A stretch of DNA of 64,000 nt from a virus (IMGVR_UViG_3300015360_000036:9769-73768); one strand, 5' to 3'. Shown: positions 29,767 to 39,566, counted from the first letter of the stretch. Notes: generated by a model from the letters alone, not told the origin. Program-made: numbers and translations.

Positions 29767-30680
29767 ATTTACAAGAAGCGTATAAAACTCTGGATTTGAC
29801 ACCGGGCACGTCGAAGGATGATGCCAAGAAGAAATATCGGGAGCTTACTAAAAAGTACCATCCTGATATAAATAAGGAGCCCGGAGCCGAGGATAAGTTT
29901 AAAAAAATAAATGAAGCTTATTCATGTGTTCAAGCTGGAAAAGGTAATGAGCCACAAAGACAATCAAGCAATCCATTTGGCAGGCAAACGTATCATAACC
30001 AAGAAAATATTCAACTTAATGTAACAATATCATTTGCTGAATCTATATTAGGCTGTGAAAGACATTTTAAATTCAATAGGAAAGCAAAATGTAACTTATG
30101 TAATGGTAAAGGTGAAATTAATTTGCATAATGGGTGTGATAAATGTGAAGGTAAAGGCTTAATTGTAACCAGACAAGGTAATGCTATCTATAGTAGGACT
30201 TGTGATAAATGCTATGGTAAAACTGACACTCAATCTTGTAATGCATGTAACGCTGATGGTAGTGTTGATACCGATACTTCTATAAAGGTAACAATTCCAG
30301 GTGGAGTACAAAGCGGCAATATACTTCAATTAGCGGGTATGGGACATTTTGTTGGTTCTTTTATGCATATGGATCAACGAACTGATGCTCATGTTCATAT
30401 TTTAGTTACACCAGAACCAGGGCTTTCTCTATCTGGAGCTACTGTTGTATGTGATTTGCAGTTAAGTTTGATAGATGCCATTAAAGGTTGTAAGAGAACA
30501 GTAAAAACTGTTTTAGGTGATAAGGAAGTTGAAATTCCGGCACAATCAAGGAATAAAGATATAGTGGTAATACCAAACATGGGTGTAAACCGTGTTGGAG
30601 ATCAAAATGTAGTCTTGGATGTTAGATATTCTGAGCAGATTCTAAATATGATAGATAAACTAATGGATGGAGTAGAGTAA
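29763..30680 (+). CDS. dnaJ: DnaJ chaperone (type I)
   Basis: J-domain YHPD...FKKINEAY, four CxxCxGxG-like repeats, C-terminal substrate domain. Confidence 0.93.
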   Translation: MNLQEAYKTLDLTPGTSKDDAKKKYRELTKKYHPDINKEPGAEDKFKKINEAYSCVQAGKGNEPQRQSSNPFGRQTYHNQENIQLNVTISFAESILGCERHFKFNRKAKCNLCNGKGEINLHNGCDKCEGKGLIVTRQGNAIYSRTCDKCYGKTDTQSCNACNADGSVDTDTSIKVTIPGGVQSGNILQLAGMGHFVGSFMHMDQRTDAHVHILVTPEPGLSLSGATVVCDLQLSLIDAIKGCKRTVKTVLGDKEVEIPAQSRNKDIVVIPNMGVNRVGDQNVVLDVRYSEQILNMIDKLMDGVE

Positions 30681-31018
30681 TGGCATTTTCAACAAATTGT
30701 ACTAACAAAGGCTGCGGTAAACTTCAAGAGCCATATCTTGATCCTAATGATGATAAGGTATATTGCTCTGCATGTGATAAAGAAATATTGAATTTAACAT
30801 ATTTTGCTAAAGCTCAAATGAAAAGCTCAAAGCAGTATAAACAAAAGACTGCTGTAGCATTTGGTGTTAAGTGTAGTAAATGTGGTAAAGAAGGTAGACC
30901 CAAAATCAAAGATGATGAGGTTGTATGTGGCTCTTGTTTGAAAGAACTAGATAATCTTAGTTTACCATTTAAGAATATGTTGAAACAGAAACTCAGAACG
31001 GTGGATAAAGATATCTAA
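30680..31018 (+). CDS. Zn-ribbon protein
   Basis: Multiple CxxC. Confidence 0.6.
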   Translation: MAFSTNCTNKGCGKLQEPYLDPNDDKVYCSACDKEILNLTYFAKAQMKSSKQYKQKTAVAFGVKCSKCGKEGRPKIKDDEVVCGSCLKELDNLSLPFKNMLKQKLRTVDKDI

Positions 31019-31773
31019 TGCTTGATAATATAATAGAGAGCTGTCAGTATCTATTAAATAATTATCCAGATGCTCAGGCTTGTCGTGATTATCTTGATTC
31101 AAGGTTAAATACCGAAAGTCAATCCTTCTTTCAATTCGGATATTTTCCAAATGAATCTAATATTAAAGTTTTAACTACAATTATTGGTGATGATACATTG
31201 AGATCTTTAGAATTAGAATATTCTAAAGATATTGAAGATGCATTATCTCCAAGGAAAATAAACTTTTCATTCTTTGAAAATTATCCAATTGTAATGCCTT
31301 TTAAAGATGCTTATGGAAAAATAGTAGCGATTGTTGGCAGAACATTATTATCAGAAGAAGAAAGAAAAGAAAAAAAGATAGCTAAATATAAGAATACAAA
31401 ATTTACTAAAGGTAACAATTTATTTGGTTTATACGAAAATAAACAACATATTATTGAACAAGACTCAGTTTATATTGTCGAAGGACAGTTTGATGTTATC
31501 AAAGCAAATGAGAAGGGATTAAGAAATATTGTAGCTTTAGGTAGCGGAAATATGACTCCCTATCAATTTTCCATCATTAGCAGATACACTAATAACATAT
31601 TTTTGTTATTAGATAATGATGAGGCTGGTGTAAAAGGCAGAAAAGCCATAATTAAAAAGTATGGTTCACTAGCTAATATTCGTGATTTTTATTTATCTGA
31701 TGAGTACAAAGATGTTGACGAATTCTTTTCAGCGAATGAGTTAAGTGATCTTACTTTTAAGGTAAAGGGATAA
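31018..31773 (+). CDS. dnaG: DnaG primase catalytic/Toprim core (no Zn domain)
   Basis: YLDSR, IVMPF..GR, KYKNT, VEGQFDV, LDNDEAG, KDVDE. Confidence 0.88.
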   Translation: MLDNIIESCQYLLNNYPDAQACRDYLDSRLNTESQSFFQFGYFPNESNIKVLTTIIGDDTLRSLELEYSKDIEDALSPRKINFSFFENYPIVMPFKDAYGKIVAIVGRTLLSEEERKEKKIAKYKNTKFTKGNNLFGLYENKQHIIEQDSVYIVEGQFDVIKANEKGLRNIVALGSGNMTPYQFSIISRYTNNIFLLLDNDEAGVKGRKAIIKKYGSLANIRDFYLSDEYKDVDEFFSANELSDLTFKVKG

Positions 31774-31826
31774 TAGTAGTGATAACTATCAATATCAGAA
31801 TCTATGTATAAAACCTTATAATAGTT

Positions 31827-32663
31827 ATGATATATTTGTACAAAATAAGCAACATTGTTAATGGTAAAATGTATATAGGTCAAACTAATAATCCAAATTT
31901 ACGATGGTCACAGCATAAATCTAATGCTAAGTATAATAGAGGGAATCAAGTTATAACTAGAGCTATAACTAAATATGGACAAGATAAGTTTACATTTGAA
32001 GTAATAGCATTTTGTTTAACAAAAGAAAATGCTGATTTGTCAGAACAAGATATTATAATACAATATGATTGCCTTGATCCAATGAAAGGTTATAATATTG
32101 CTGCTGGCGGCAATACTTCTGTAAAAACTAAAGAAGTCTTACAAAAAATTTCTGATGGTCTTAAAAAACATTATGAAACTAATGATGGCTGGAATAAAGG
32201 CGGTACTCTTTCAGAAGAGTGGAAGCATAATATATCCATTGCCTCTATAGGTAAAGAGGGTACAAACATTGGTAAAAAATTTAATGATGATTGGAAAATT
32301 AAAATGTCCAAGTCATCATCTGGAAAAGATAAAAAATCAAGACGAAGGTTCTCTGATGAGGTTGAAAAGGAAATATGTGAATTATATGTTAATGAAAACA
32401 AATCTACATATTTTTTAGAAAAGAAATATTTATGTAATAGGTCTGTTATTAAGTCTATATTAATTCGAAACAGTATAGAAATAAGAATATCGAATTATAC
32501 TGGACACTCTAATGGTAAAAATATTTTTACCATTGAACAAGAAATAGAAATATGTAAAAAATATATTGCTGGCAACATATCTAGATCAGAACTAGCCAGA
32601 CAATTTAATTGTGGAAAAACAACGATAAGGGATATGTTGTTGAAACACAATATTAGACTATAA
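31827..32663 (+). CDS. GIY-YIG homing endonuclease with NUMOD3-like repeats
   Basis: YLYKISN..NGKMYIGQT, RWSQH, GYNIAAGG. Confidence 0.88.
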   Translation: MIYLYKISNIVNGKMYIGQTNNPNLRWSQHKSNAKYNRGNQVITRAITKYGQDKFTFEVIAFCLTKENADLSEQDIIIQYDCLDPMKGYNIAAGGNTSVKTKEVLQKISDGLKKHYETNDGWNKGGTLSEEWKHNISIASIGKEGTNIGKKFNDDWKIKMSKSSSGKDKKSRRRFSDEVEKEICELYVNENKSTYFLEKKYLCNRSVIKSILIRNSIEIRISNYTGHSNGKNIFTIEQEIEICKKYIAGNISRSELARQFNCGKTTIRDMLLKHNIRL

Positions 32664-32671
32664 GGAACAAT

Positions 32672-33112
32672 ATGGAAAAGAGACAGAATCGCTCAGATAA
32701 GTACCAATATGTACTCCTCGAAACAGTATGTAGTAATGATATGATGGAAGCTTTTTGTAATGAAGATAGTATTTACAATAGACTTAATCCTAATCATTAT
32801 GATGAAGATCTAATGAATCTGGAGGATAAGCTTAAAGTTGAATTTTGGAGAGTCGTAGATACGTTGTTAACCACAAGGCAGAGAGAAGTTATTAGACTTT
32901 ATGCAGATGGCTATACTCAAATGGAGATTGCTAAAATGCTTCATGTCAATCAATCCTCTATTACTAAGTCTTTGAATGGTAATGTTGATTACAAAAACGG
33001 CAAAAAAATCTACGGTGGGGCGAGAAAAAAAATTAGAAAGATCATAGAAAATGATGATAAGATCAAAGAAATTCTGGATCAGATGTCAGCAGTTCGTGAC
33101 GAAAAGTGGTAA
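32672..33112 (+). CDS. Sigma-70 region-4/LuxR-like HTH protein
   Basis: LTTRQREVIRLYADGYTQMEIAKMLHVNQSSI. Confidence 0.75.
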   Translation: MEKRQNRSDKYQYVLLETVCSNDMMEAFCNEDSIYNRLNPNHYDEDLMNLEDKLKVEFWRVVDTLLTTRQREVIRLYADGYTQMEIAKMLHVNQSSITKSLNGNVDYKNGKKIYGGARKKIRKIIENDDKIKEILDQMSAVRDEKW

Positions 33113-33143
33113 GAAAAATAGGTGTTAGCCCGTAAGGCGATAT

Positions 33144-34037
33144 ATGAAGCAATGTTTAAAATGTAATAAAACTAAAAATGATGATTGTTATGTTGTCCAA
33201 AGTAAAGCTAGTGATGGTCTTTTTCCATGGTGTAAGGAATGTCACAAAGAATATAGAAAAAGTAAATATAACGAAGACAAGCGGAAAAGTTTAAATTATA
33301 CAAATAGTAAGCGCAAATTACGTATTAAATGGCTTCAAGAATTAAAATCGAATACACCATGTACTGATTGTAAAGAAATTTATGATCCATGGTGTATGGA
33401 TTTTGATCACATTGCATCTCTTGGCGAAAAAGTAAGTGGTGTTTCAAGGATGGTATTAGAAAATAGATCAAAAGATTCAATTTTGGAAGAAATTAAAAAA
33501 TGTGAATTGGTTTGTTTACTGTGTCACAATAGAAGGACTAATAATAGATTGAATGATACGCTAGGCAGCACTAGAAAATATGGGTTGCATGAGCAAAGAA
33601 ATATTGATGTGATCAATAAATTCAAAAATAATCAATGCTCTATTTGCAGTAAACAATATGAAACGTTTAATATGCAATGTGATCATATCAATCCATCAGA
33701 AAAATTATTTGATATTAGTGCTTTAAAAAGCCGAAAGCTTGAAACATTAGAATTAGAACTAGCTAAATGTCAGGTTTTATGTGCATTATGCCATAGACAA
33801 AAATCTATTAATGAACAAAAATATAATAAATATAGTTCTGATAGACCAAAGTTCGTAAAGAAAAAGGAATTGCATTTCGACCCAATTACCGATACGAAAG
33901 AATGTGGTAAATGTAATCTTATGAAACATAGGTCTCTATTCCGTTTAAATAAGAATACAATATCAAAAATGGACACTTATTGTAAAGAGTGTTTTAATGT
34001 TTATAGAAAAGAGAATAGGCGTAAGAAGAAAATGTAA
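33144..34037 (+). CDS. Tandem HNH endonuclease with Zn fingers
   Basis: Two CxxC..DH..KC.V/LCxxCH units; terminal CxKC/CKEC fingers. Confidence 0.8.
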   Translation: MKQCLKCNKTKNDDCYVVQSKASDGLFPWCKECHKEYRKSKYNEDKRKSLNYTNSKRKLRIKWLQELKSNTPCTDCKEIYDPWCMDFDHIASLGEKVSGVSRMVLENRSKDSILEEIKKCELVCLLCHNRRTNNRLNDTLGSTRKYGLHEQRNIDVINKFKNNQCSICSKQYETFNMQCDHINPSEKLFDISALKSRKLETLELELAKCQVLCALCHRQKSINEQKYNKYSSDRPKFVKKKELHFDPITDTKECGKCNLMKHRSLFRLNKNTISKMDTYCKECFNVYRKENRRKKKM

Positions 34038-34043
34038 TCGATA

Positions 34044-34096
34044 TAGTATGGCTGAACCCAAAGAGGTGCAAGAGCACTTAGGAGTCAGCCATGCTA
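34044..34096 (+). promoter_or_regulatory. Hairpin covering SD and start codon of ORF 34091
   Basis: TAGTATGGCTGA/TCAGCCATGCTA outer stem, AGGTGC/GCACTT inner stem. Confidence 0.65.
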
Positions 34097-34807
34097 AGAA
34101 TAATAGAAACATTTAATAATTTACCACAAGCATATCAAGTAGACCCAGATTCCAATTTCGAACCTGGGCAAATCGGCTCTTTAAGAGTCAGGAGCGGTAA
34201 TGTTGTTGTCGGTATATCTGATGGATTGCATCCAGAAGGTATTATCGATGACATCAAAACCGAGAAATATAGGACTGTCAAGTGGGAAGAAGAGATAATT
34301 GCTAGTGTAGAAGACTTTGGAATGAAAGATTCTGCCGTTACTACAGCTAAAGATATTAAGTGCCAACTTGAAAAGTCTCACATAATTGTAAAATCATTTA
34401 TTTCAACTGTACCTGTTACATTAATTCCTATGAATGGAGTGGTTATTATTCCAGCAGGTACAATATGTAATCATGTATTAGATACGAGTAATAATTTTGC
34501 TAATGCAATACGATTTAGCTGTAATTATGCTTATAATATTCCAGCAAATTATGATGATAGTACTGTCAGTAGCGGTAGAGTTACTGTATGGAATAAAATG
34601 ATGATTGCTGAAACTGACATGTTTGACACAACTGCCAAATACGATAGATACTCTAGTTTGTATACTATCAATGGGTTATTAACTACCAATAGACCTAGCT
34701 ATGAGTGTAAATGTATTGGTTTTGTTCTTAACGAACCAAAAAGTAACTATGCTGTGGTTAGATTTATGTTTGATCCAGAAGGTAAAGTACAAACGGGTAG
34801 TAAATGA
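34091..34807 (+). CDS. Putative virion (head decoration-like) protein, paralog of 61737-62426
   Basis: Shared MLR, DP...F.PGQI, P.GIIDDIKT, DDST..SGRVTVW, GLLTT. Confidence 0.6.
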   Translation: MLRIIETFNNLPQAYQVDPDSNFEPGQIGSLRVRSGNVVVGISDGLHPEGIIDDIKTEKYRTVKWEEEIIASVEDFGMKDSAVTTAKDIKCQLEKSHIIVKSFISTVPVTLIPMNGVVIIPAGTICNHVLDTSNNFANAIRFSCNYAYNIPANYDDSTVSSGRVTVWNKMMIAETDMFDTTAKYDRYSSLYTINGLLTTNRPSYECKCIGFVLNEPKSNYAVVRFMFDPEGKVQTGSK

Positions 34808-35004
34808 GAACTAAAGTAGACAAAGCTATCAGTCTAATGAAAGTCCTAGAAATTCCATATACTGGTATTCTAAATAATAAGACTGAAGACGGTAAGTATC
34901 ATATTACAAGCTCAGTTAAGGTTGAGGCATTGTATGACATTCTTATGGATGAAGAAAAATTAAAGATTATACTGTCTAAGCTAAAGAACAAAGCGTTCTG
35001 GTGA
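34804..35004 (+). CDS. Small protein ending KLKNKAFW
   Basis: Coupled ORF. Confidence 0.6.
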   Translation: MRTKVDKAISLMKVLEIPYTGILNNKTEDGKYHITSSVKVEALYDILMDEEKLKIILSKLKNKAFW

Positions 35005-35086
35005 CGATATAGAACTATCAATATAGGTAATAAATTATGAGATAGTATCAATATTTCTCTATCTATAATGAAACATATTCTATTTA

Positions 35087-35560
35087 ATGGGAGACGTAAT
35101 GTCAAATTTCAAGATCGATTACTCAGGCTTAGCTGACAGAGTTACTAAGAGAGCCTACAAATTAGAAGATGTCAAAAACCAAATTGAGAAGGTAGCCTTC
35201 GATATCGTCCGTTTCAAAGATGGTGATAAGGGTGCTGACTTATGGCAAGTACAAAGTGCAGACGATGGTGAACAATACATCGTGTCTTTATATGAACTAG
35301 AGGCTGAGGTTAAGACTTCTGCTGACTGGAGTGTTACTATTAGTAAAACTGCGGGTGAAATTCAAGTTTCATATAAAGGTGACCCTTTGGTAAGAATTGC
35401 ATCCTCTAGACTTGGTATTCCAGTAAGCGAACTACATAAGGTAGAGAGCTATTTGCCATCAAAATTGGCAGAAAACAAGAAATTAGTTAAGGCTCTACTA
35501 AATGAGCTTAACAAATCAGCTAAAGAAGAAGTATTAAGTAAATACCCTGAGTTGGTCTAA
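35087..35560 (+). CDS. Hypothetical protein, head block
   Basis: GGAG SD before ATG 35099. Confidence 0.65.
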   Translation: MGDVMSNFKIDYSGLADRVTKRAYKLEDVKNQIEKVAFDIVRFKDGDKGADLWQVQSADDGEQYIVSLYELEAEVKTSADWSVTISKTAGEIQVSYKGDPLVRIASSRLGIPVSELHKVESYLPSKLAENKKLVKALLNELNKSAKEEVLSKYPELV

Positions 35561-35580
35561 TTATATAGAATAGGTGTTAA

Positions 35581-37191
35581 ATGAGCCTCGACAAAATGAA
35601 ACAAATGGTTACTTCTCTAGCTAATAGAATAGAGAACAGTGAAAAGATAGCCGTCCCATTATTGGCTGCCAAATTAGCTAAGTGTTCAGAAGCCTATCCA
35701 CATGACCAAACAATTGGTTCAATGTCTAGGGTTATTGAAAAAATGGCTTCAAACAATTCTCTTTTCATCAGCAAAGCGGATTTACAGTCATTATACACAA
35801 AACTTTATTCAAACAACACAAAGTTCGCTAAATTATTTGAATCTGAACTAGGTGGTGATATTAGTTATGAGCCTGCTCGTAAAGAGTATGCTCGTGACGA
35901 AGCAACAGAGTTGAATACATATCAAGTTGGTGATTCAATCTTAGCAAATGCTTTAAACAGCGTTTTCGATAAGACAATCCCATTGAAAATGTATTCTCAA
36001 GAAGTTGCTAACAAAGCAATGAACTCAGTTGCATCTGTTTTAGACTCATCTAATTTAAATCCAACAACATTAACTGTTGATAATGGGAGTGATAAGTTTA
36101 TCGTTGTTAGAGCTAGTTATGAAACCCCAAAGGGAGTAACTAGTTTTTATGTACCAGTAGAAGTAAGTGGTAATAAAATTGCAGAAGCTTCTGTATTTAT
36201 GGGTAATTCAGGTCCACAAGAGATTACTTATGCTAATCTAAAAAGATATCTTACCACGACCGCAGGCATGAAGCTAAAAGTCACAGCATCTATGGTTCTA
36301 GACGCTCTTACAAAGGCATCTTCAGAGAATAGAGTTGTCAGTGATGCTGAGATGGCTTTAATCAAATTAAATGCCACCAGAGAAGGCAAGTCTGAATTCT
36401 TCCAAAATCAAGTTGTAGGATTAAAAGTATCCGAAGCATCTGCAAAAGATGTGGAACTTCCAAAATCTAATGAATTTGAATCATTCGAAAAGAAGTTTAA
36501 CTCACCTCAAGGTCTTGCAACCTTTCAATTTGGTGCAGAAACACTTAAAACCGCAAGAGATTCAGTTGCTAGAGATGTAGTCGGATTTGGCTATAAGAAT
36601 CCACAAATTACTGTTACTGGTAGCGACGAAAAGACTGTATTTTATGGCGTTTCATTAGATGCAGGCAAAGTTGCTTTTACCGTACCAGTTAAAATTGCTG
36701 GTGGTAAAATTAGTAAACCAAATGTAATGTTATGTCAAGGTTCAGTATCTACTTTCAATAAGGATAGCATCAATGCACTTTATGTCAATAACCAAACTGA
36801 CTATAAAGTAGCTGCTGCTGCATCACCATTGTTTGGTCTTAAGCCAAGTGATTTAGTAAATAGTATTAGAACAGCATTGAGTGAAGGTAATCATTCTAAA
36901 GCTGAAGATGCTCTTAATGTATTAGCTCAAGCTGGCGATGTTAAGGCATATGCAGCAGGTTTCGGTGTCTATATGAGTGGTTTATCTAATAAGACAGCAT
37001 CGGCTCCAGAGCCAAGTTGTGCAATGATTGTAAAAAGCTCAGTAAGTGAACATGTAATGTGTGGACATACAGGATTACCAGTTCATAAAGTTTATCAAGA
37101 TCAACATGGTAACTGTCGCCCTCTTTACAGAAGAGGAATGGACGAGACCTATGAATGTGCTAGTTTCATGAACGCTAAAATTCTTGGATAA
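35581..37191 (+). CDS. Putative structural protein with two internal beta repeats
   Basis: SFYVPVEVSGNKI / AFTVPVKIAGGKI repeat; C-terminal Cys/His cluster. Confidence 0.6.
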   Translation: MSLDKMKQMVTSLANRIENSEKIAVPLLAAKLAKCSEAYPHDQTIGSMSRVIEKMASNNSLFISKADLQSLYTKLYSNNTKFAKLFESELGGDISYEPARKEYARDEATELNTYQVGDSILANALNSVFDKTIPLKMYSQEVANKAMNSVASVLDSSNLNPTTLTVDNGSDKFIVVRASYETPKGVTSFYVPVEVSGNKIAEASVFMGNSGPQEITYANLKRYLTTTAGMKLKVTASMVLDALTKASSENRVVSDAEMALIKLNATREGKSEFFQNQVVGLKVSEASAKDVELPKSNEFESFEKKFNSPQGLATFQFGAETLKTARDSVARDVVGFGYKNPQITVTGSDEKTVFYGVSLDAGKVAFTVPVKIAGGKISKPNVMLCQGSVSTFNKDSINALYVNNQTDYKVAAAASPLFGLKPSDLVNSIRTALSEGNHSKAEDALNVLAQAGDVKAYAAGFGVYMSGLSNKTASAPEPSCAMIVKSSVSEHVMCGHTGLPVHKVYQDQHGNCRPLYRRGMDETYECASFMNAKILG

Positions 37192-37233
37192 AAAATGAAG
37201 ATATACAGAGGATAAAAAATGAAAATATACAGA
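37186..37233 (+). repeat. 24-bp tandem duplication spanning a gene junction
   Basis: GGATAAAAAATGAAGATATACAGA / GGATAAAAAATGAAAATATACAGA (23/24 identical). Confidence 0.9.
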
Positions 37234-38358
37234 TTAGCACAACAATTAGACGCTAAGTACAACTTAATGTCTCAAGCAAAAGATCCAGATGAAGATAAGC
37301 CTTTCGTAAGTAATCCTGGTATAGAGAAAAAGAAATCTATAGAAGAAATTAATACTGCAAGAGTTGATAGGGCATTAGCCTCATGTAAACTTGAATTAAG
37401 AGATGCTGTCTCCAACTATATTCATGCTAAAAGTGGTACTAGAGCAAATTCTGTTTTAGAGAATCTTGCCAATTATCAAGAACCACTATCTATGTACCTA
37501 ATTAATGGTTTTACAGAACTTCACGAAAATTTTGATCATTACACGCCAGAAAAAATTTATAGTGGTCTTACTGGCTTGCATTCTATGTTAAATAGAAAAA
37601 GTGTGAATGAAGCTAAAGATAAAATAAAAAGCCTTGTAATAAATCCTGCTAGAAGAAAAGAGTACGAAACTAATTTTGAAGCAGTTACATCTACATTATC
37701 TTCAATAGTAAATAGAATAAGTATTCCATTACATAATGCTTTGCTTAAACCAAATGAATTTGGATCAGATACTGGAGTATTGGCTCGTGAAAGAGTTGCT
37801 CCATTAACACATAAAATAATGGAATTTGTTAAGTTTCATCCAGCCGCTAAAAAGATAGGTATTGAATCTGAAAAAATGCTTTCAGAATTGTTTCAAGGTG
37901 AAGACGGTGGCGCTTGGAAAGAGAGATTTATTACTTATATGAATGCTGCAACAAGTAATAAGAAAAATCCAAGAGATCGAGTAGCCCTTCATCAACAAGC
38001 AATGAAGATCAATGAACAACTTGCTGCTAAGAAACGTAATTCTAGTTTAGACTTTAAAGCCACTATGCCAGGTAGGCAAGATGATGATATTGAAAAACTT
38101 AAAGCTCGCCAAAAGAAAATTCAAGATAATCAACCTGAAGTAGATCGTGCTTTCAGAATGAAAAGAGATATTGCAAACGAATTGGAAGATAAGTATCAAA
38201 CTGATAAACTTCAAGAAGAAGAGGATGCAGTCGCATTACGTCATAATTATCTTAATGGTCCACAGGAAAGTAGAATGCCAGTAATAGATGAAGAAGCTCT
38301 TGAGAAGAAATATTCAAATATGTCATTTGAACAATGGTATAAAAGAGGTAGCAAATGA
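37219..38358 (+). CDS. Hypothetical protein
   Basis: 379-aa ORF. Confidence 0.65.
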   Translation: MKIYRLAQQLDAKYNLMSQAKDPDEDKPFVSNPGIEKKKSIEEINTARVDRALASCKLELRDAVSNYIHAKSGTRANSVLENLANYQEPLSMYLINGFTELHENFDHYTPEKIYSGLTGLHSMLNRKSVNEAKDKIKSLVINPARRKEYETNFEAVTSTLSSIVNRISIPLHNALLKPNEFGSDTGVLARERVAPLTHKIMEFVKFHPAAKKIGIESEKMLSELFQGEDGGAWKERFITYMNAATSNKKNPRDRVALHQQAMKINEQLAAKKRNSSLDFKATMPGRQDDDIEKLKARQKKIQDNQPEVDRAFRMKRDIANELEDKYQTDKLQEEEDAVALRHNYLNGPQESRMPVIDEEALEKKYSNMSFEQWYKRGSK

Positions 38359-39071
38359 GAATAGCTGAAATGTTGCAAGCAATTGCAGGTTGGTTAGAGA
38401 GTTCAGAGAATGAAGCTATTCTTTTGGCTGAATATGATGAAGATTGCCTTAAAATAGTTGCTGAATCATGTGTTGAAGCTGCATCTGCTTTACATAAAGC
38501 TGCTCAAATGGTCGATTCTATCGAACCACAAGAAGAATCTAAGATTACTCCAGAAGCTTTAGATAAATTAGCTGATTTAGCTGCTGCATTCGATGCTTCA
38601 GGTGATGAAGAGCTACAAAAACAAGCATCAGTAATCGATGAATTACTTCTATCAGTAGCTTCACCTCCAGGTGCTATGTCAGAAAGAAAGATGTCTGACG
38701 ACAAAAAGATCGAAGATCTTAAAAAAAAATATGAAGACCCTCGTAAAGCCTTAGAAGAGAGTAATAAAATTGCTGAATCTAATAAAGCTATTGAAAAAAG
38801 TAAGATGACCAAAGAGTATAGGATCATGGAAGCTCCTCTTAGTGCTAGGGGATGTCCAGATCATGCTGGTGGTCAATTAGCTCGCGTTGGTGAAAACATG
38901 TGGCAATGTGAAATGGATAAGAAAATTTACAATTTCGCCACAGGATTTGAATTAGCCAATGGTAATAAAGTTCCTGGTGGTGATGTATCATTACAAACTC
39001 AAGAAATTGATATACCTAATACCAATACTTTCGATAGCAGAGAGAGTAGACTAAATTCAAATAGGGATTAA
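38355..39071 (+). CDS. Putative virion protein
   Basis: Helical motif LADLAAAFDASG...ASVIDELL; CPDH..WQC C-terminal cluster. Confidence 0.55.
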   Translation: MRIAEMLQAIAGWLESSENEAILLAEYDEDCLKIVAESCVEAASALHKAAQMVDSIEPQEESKITPEALDKLADLAAAFDASGDEELQKQASVIDELLLSVASPPGAMSERKMSDDKKIEDLKKKYEDPRKALEESNKIAESNKAIEKSKMTKEYRIMEAPLSARGCPDHAGGQLARVGENMWQCEMDKKIYNFATGFELANGNKVPGGDVSLQTQEIDIPNTNTFDSRESRLNSNRD

Positions 39072-39073
39072 TT

Positions 39074-39544
39074 ATGACTTATACAAAGATAAAGAAGCTA
39101 GCAAATGAGATCAATAATAAAATAACTCAAAGATTTTCTGATACAATAGATTGGAAAGCATTAGATAGTCAATATACTGTATTATTTGATCCAATTTTTG
39201 ATGGCTTAAATGAAGCGGCATATTTTCTTGATAGTGAAAGGCATTCTGTAGTAATTGATCATAGGGAGCTTAAAGCTTCAATCACAGAAAAATTAGATCC
39301 TGCATTAGATGCTATTAACAGCGTTATTCTTTTCTTATATGAAATGAAGAATAATCCAATGTTACAATTAATTTCAGATAATATTGTTTTTAGAATTAAA
39401 AGGCTGAACGTTCTTGCTGAAGCAATAAAAGTTGCTCAAGAGGCAAAAAATGGAATCAAATATAATTTACAATTGATAAGCAGGATTTATGAGGCTATAA
39501 ATAAAGTAACTAGTATTTTAGATTTCAAGAGTTCTCTTGGATGA
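39074..39544 (+). CDS. Hypothetical protein
   Basis: ORF. Confidence 0.6.
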   Translation: MTYTKIKKLANEINNKITQRFSDTIDWKALDSQYTVLFDPIFDGLNEAAYFLDSERHSVVIDHRELKASITEKLDPALDAINSVILFLYEMKNNPMLQLISDNIVFRIKRLNVLAEAIKVAQEAKNGIKYNLQLISRIYEAINKVTSILDFKSSLG

Positions 39545-39566
39545 AGTTAGTTAGAAAGTTAGACAA

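Noticed and set aside
31827-32663. Group I introns around the GIY-YIG/HNH/LAGLIDADG genes
   Set aside because: Flanking genes look complete and the intergenic gaps are too short for an intron core; these appear free-standing.
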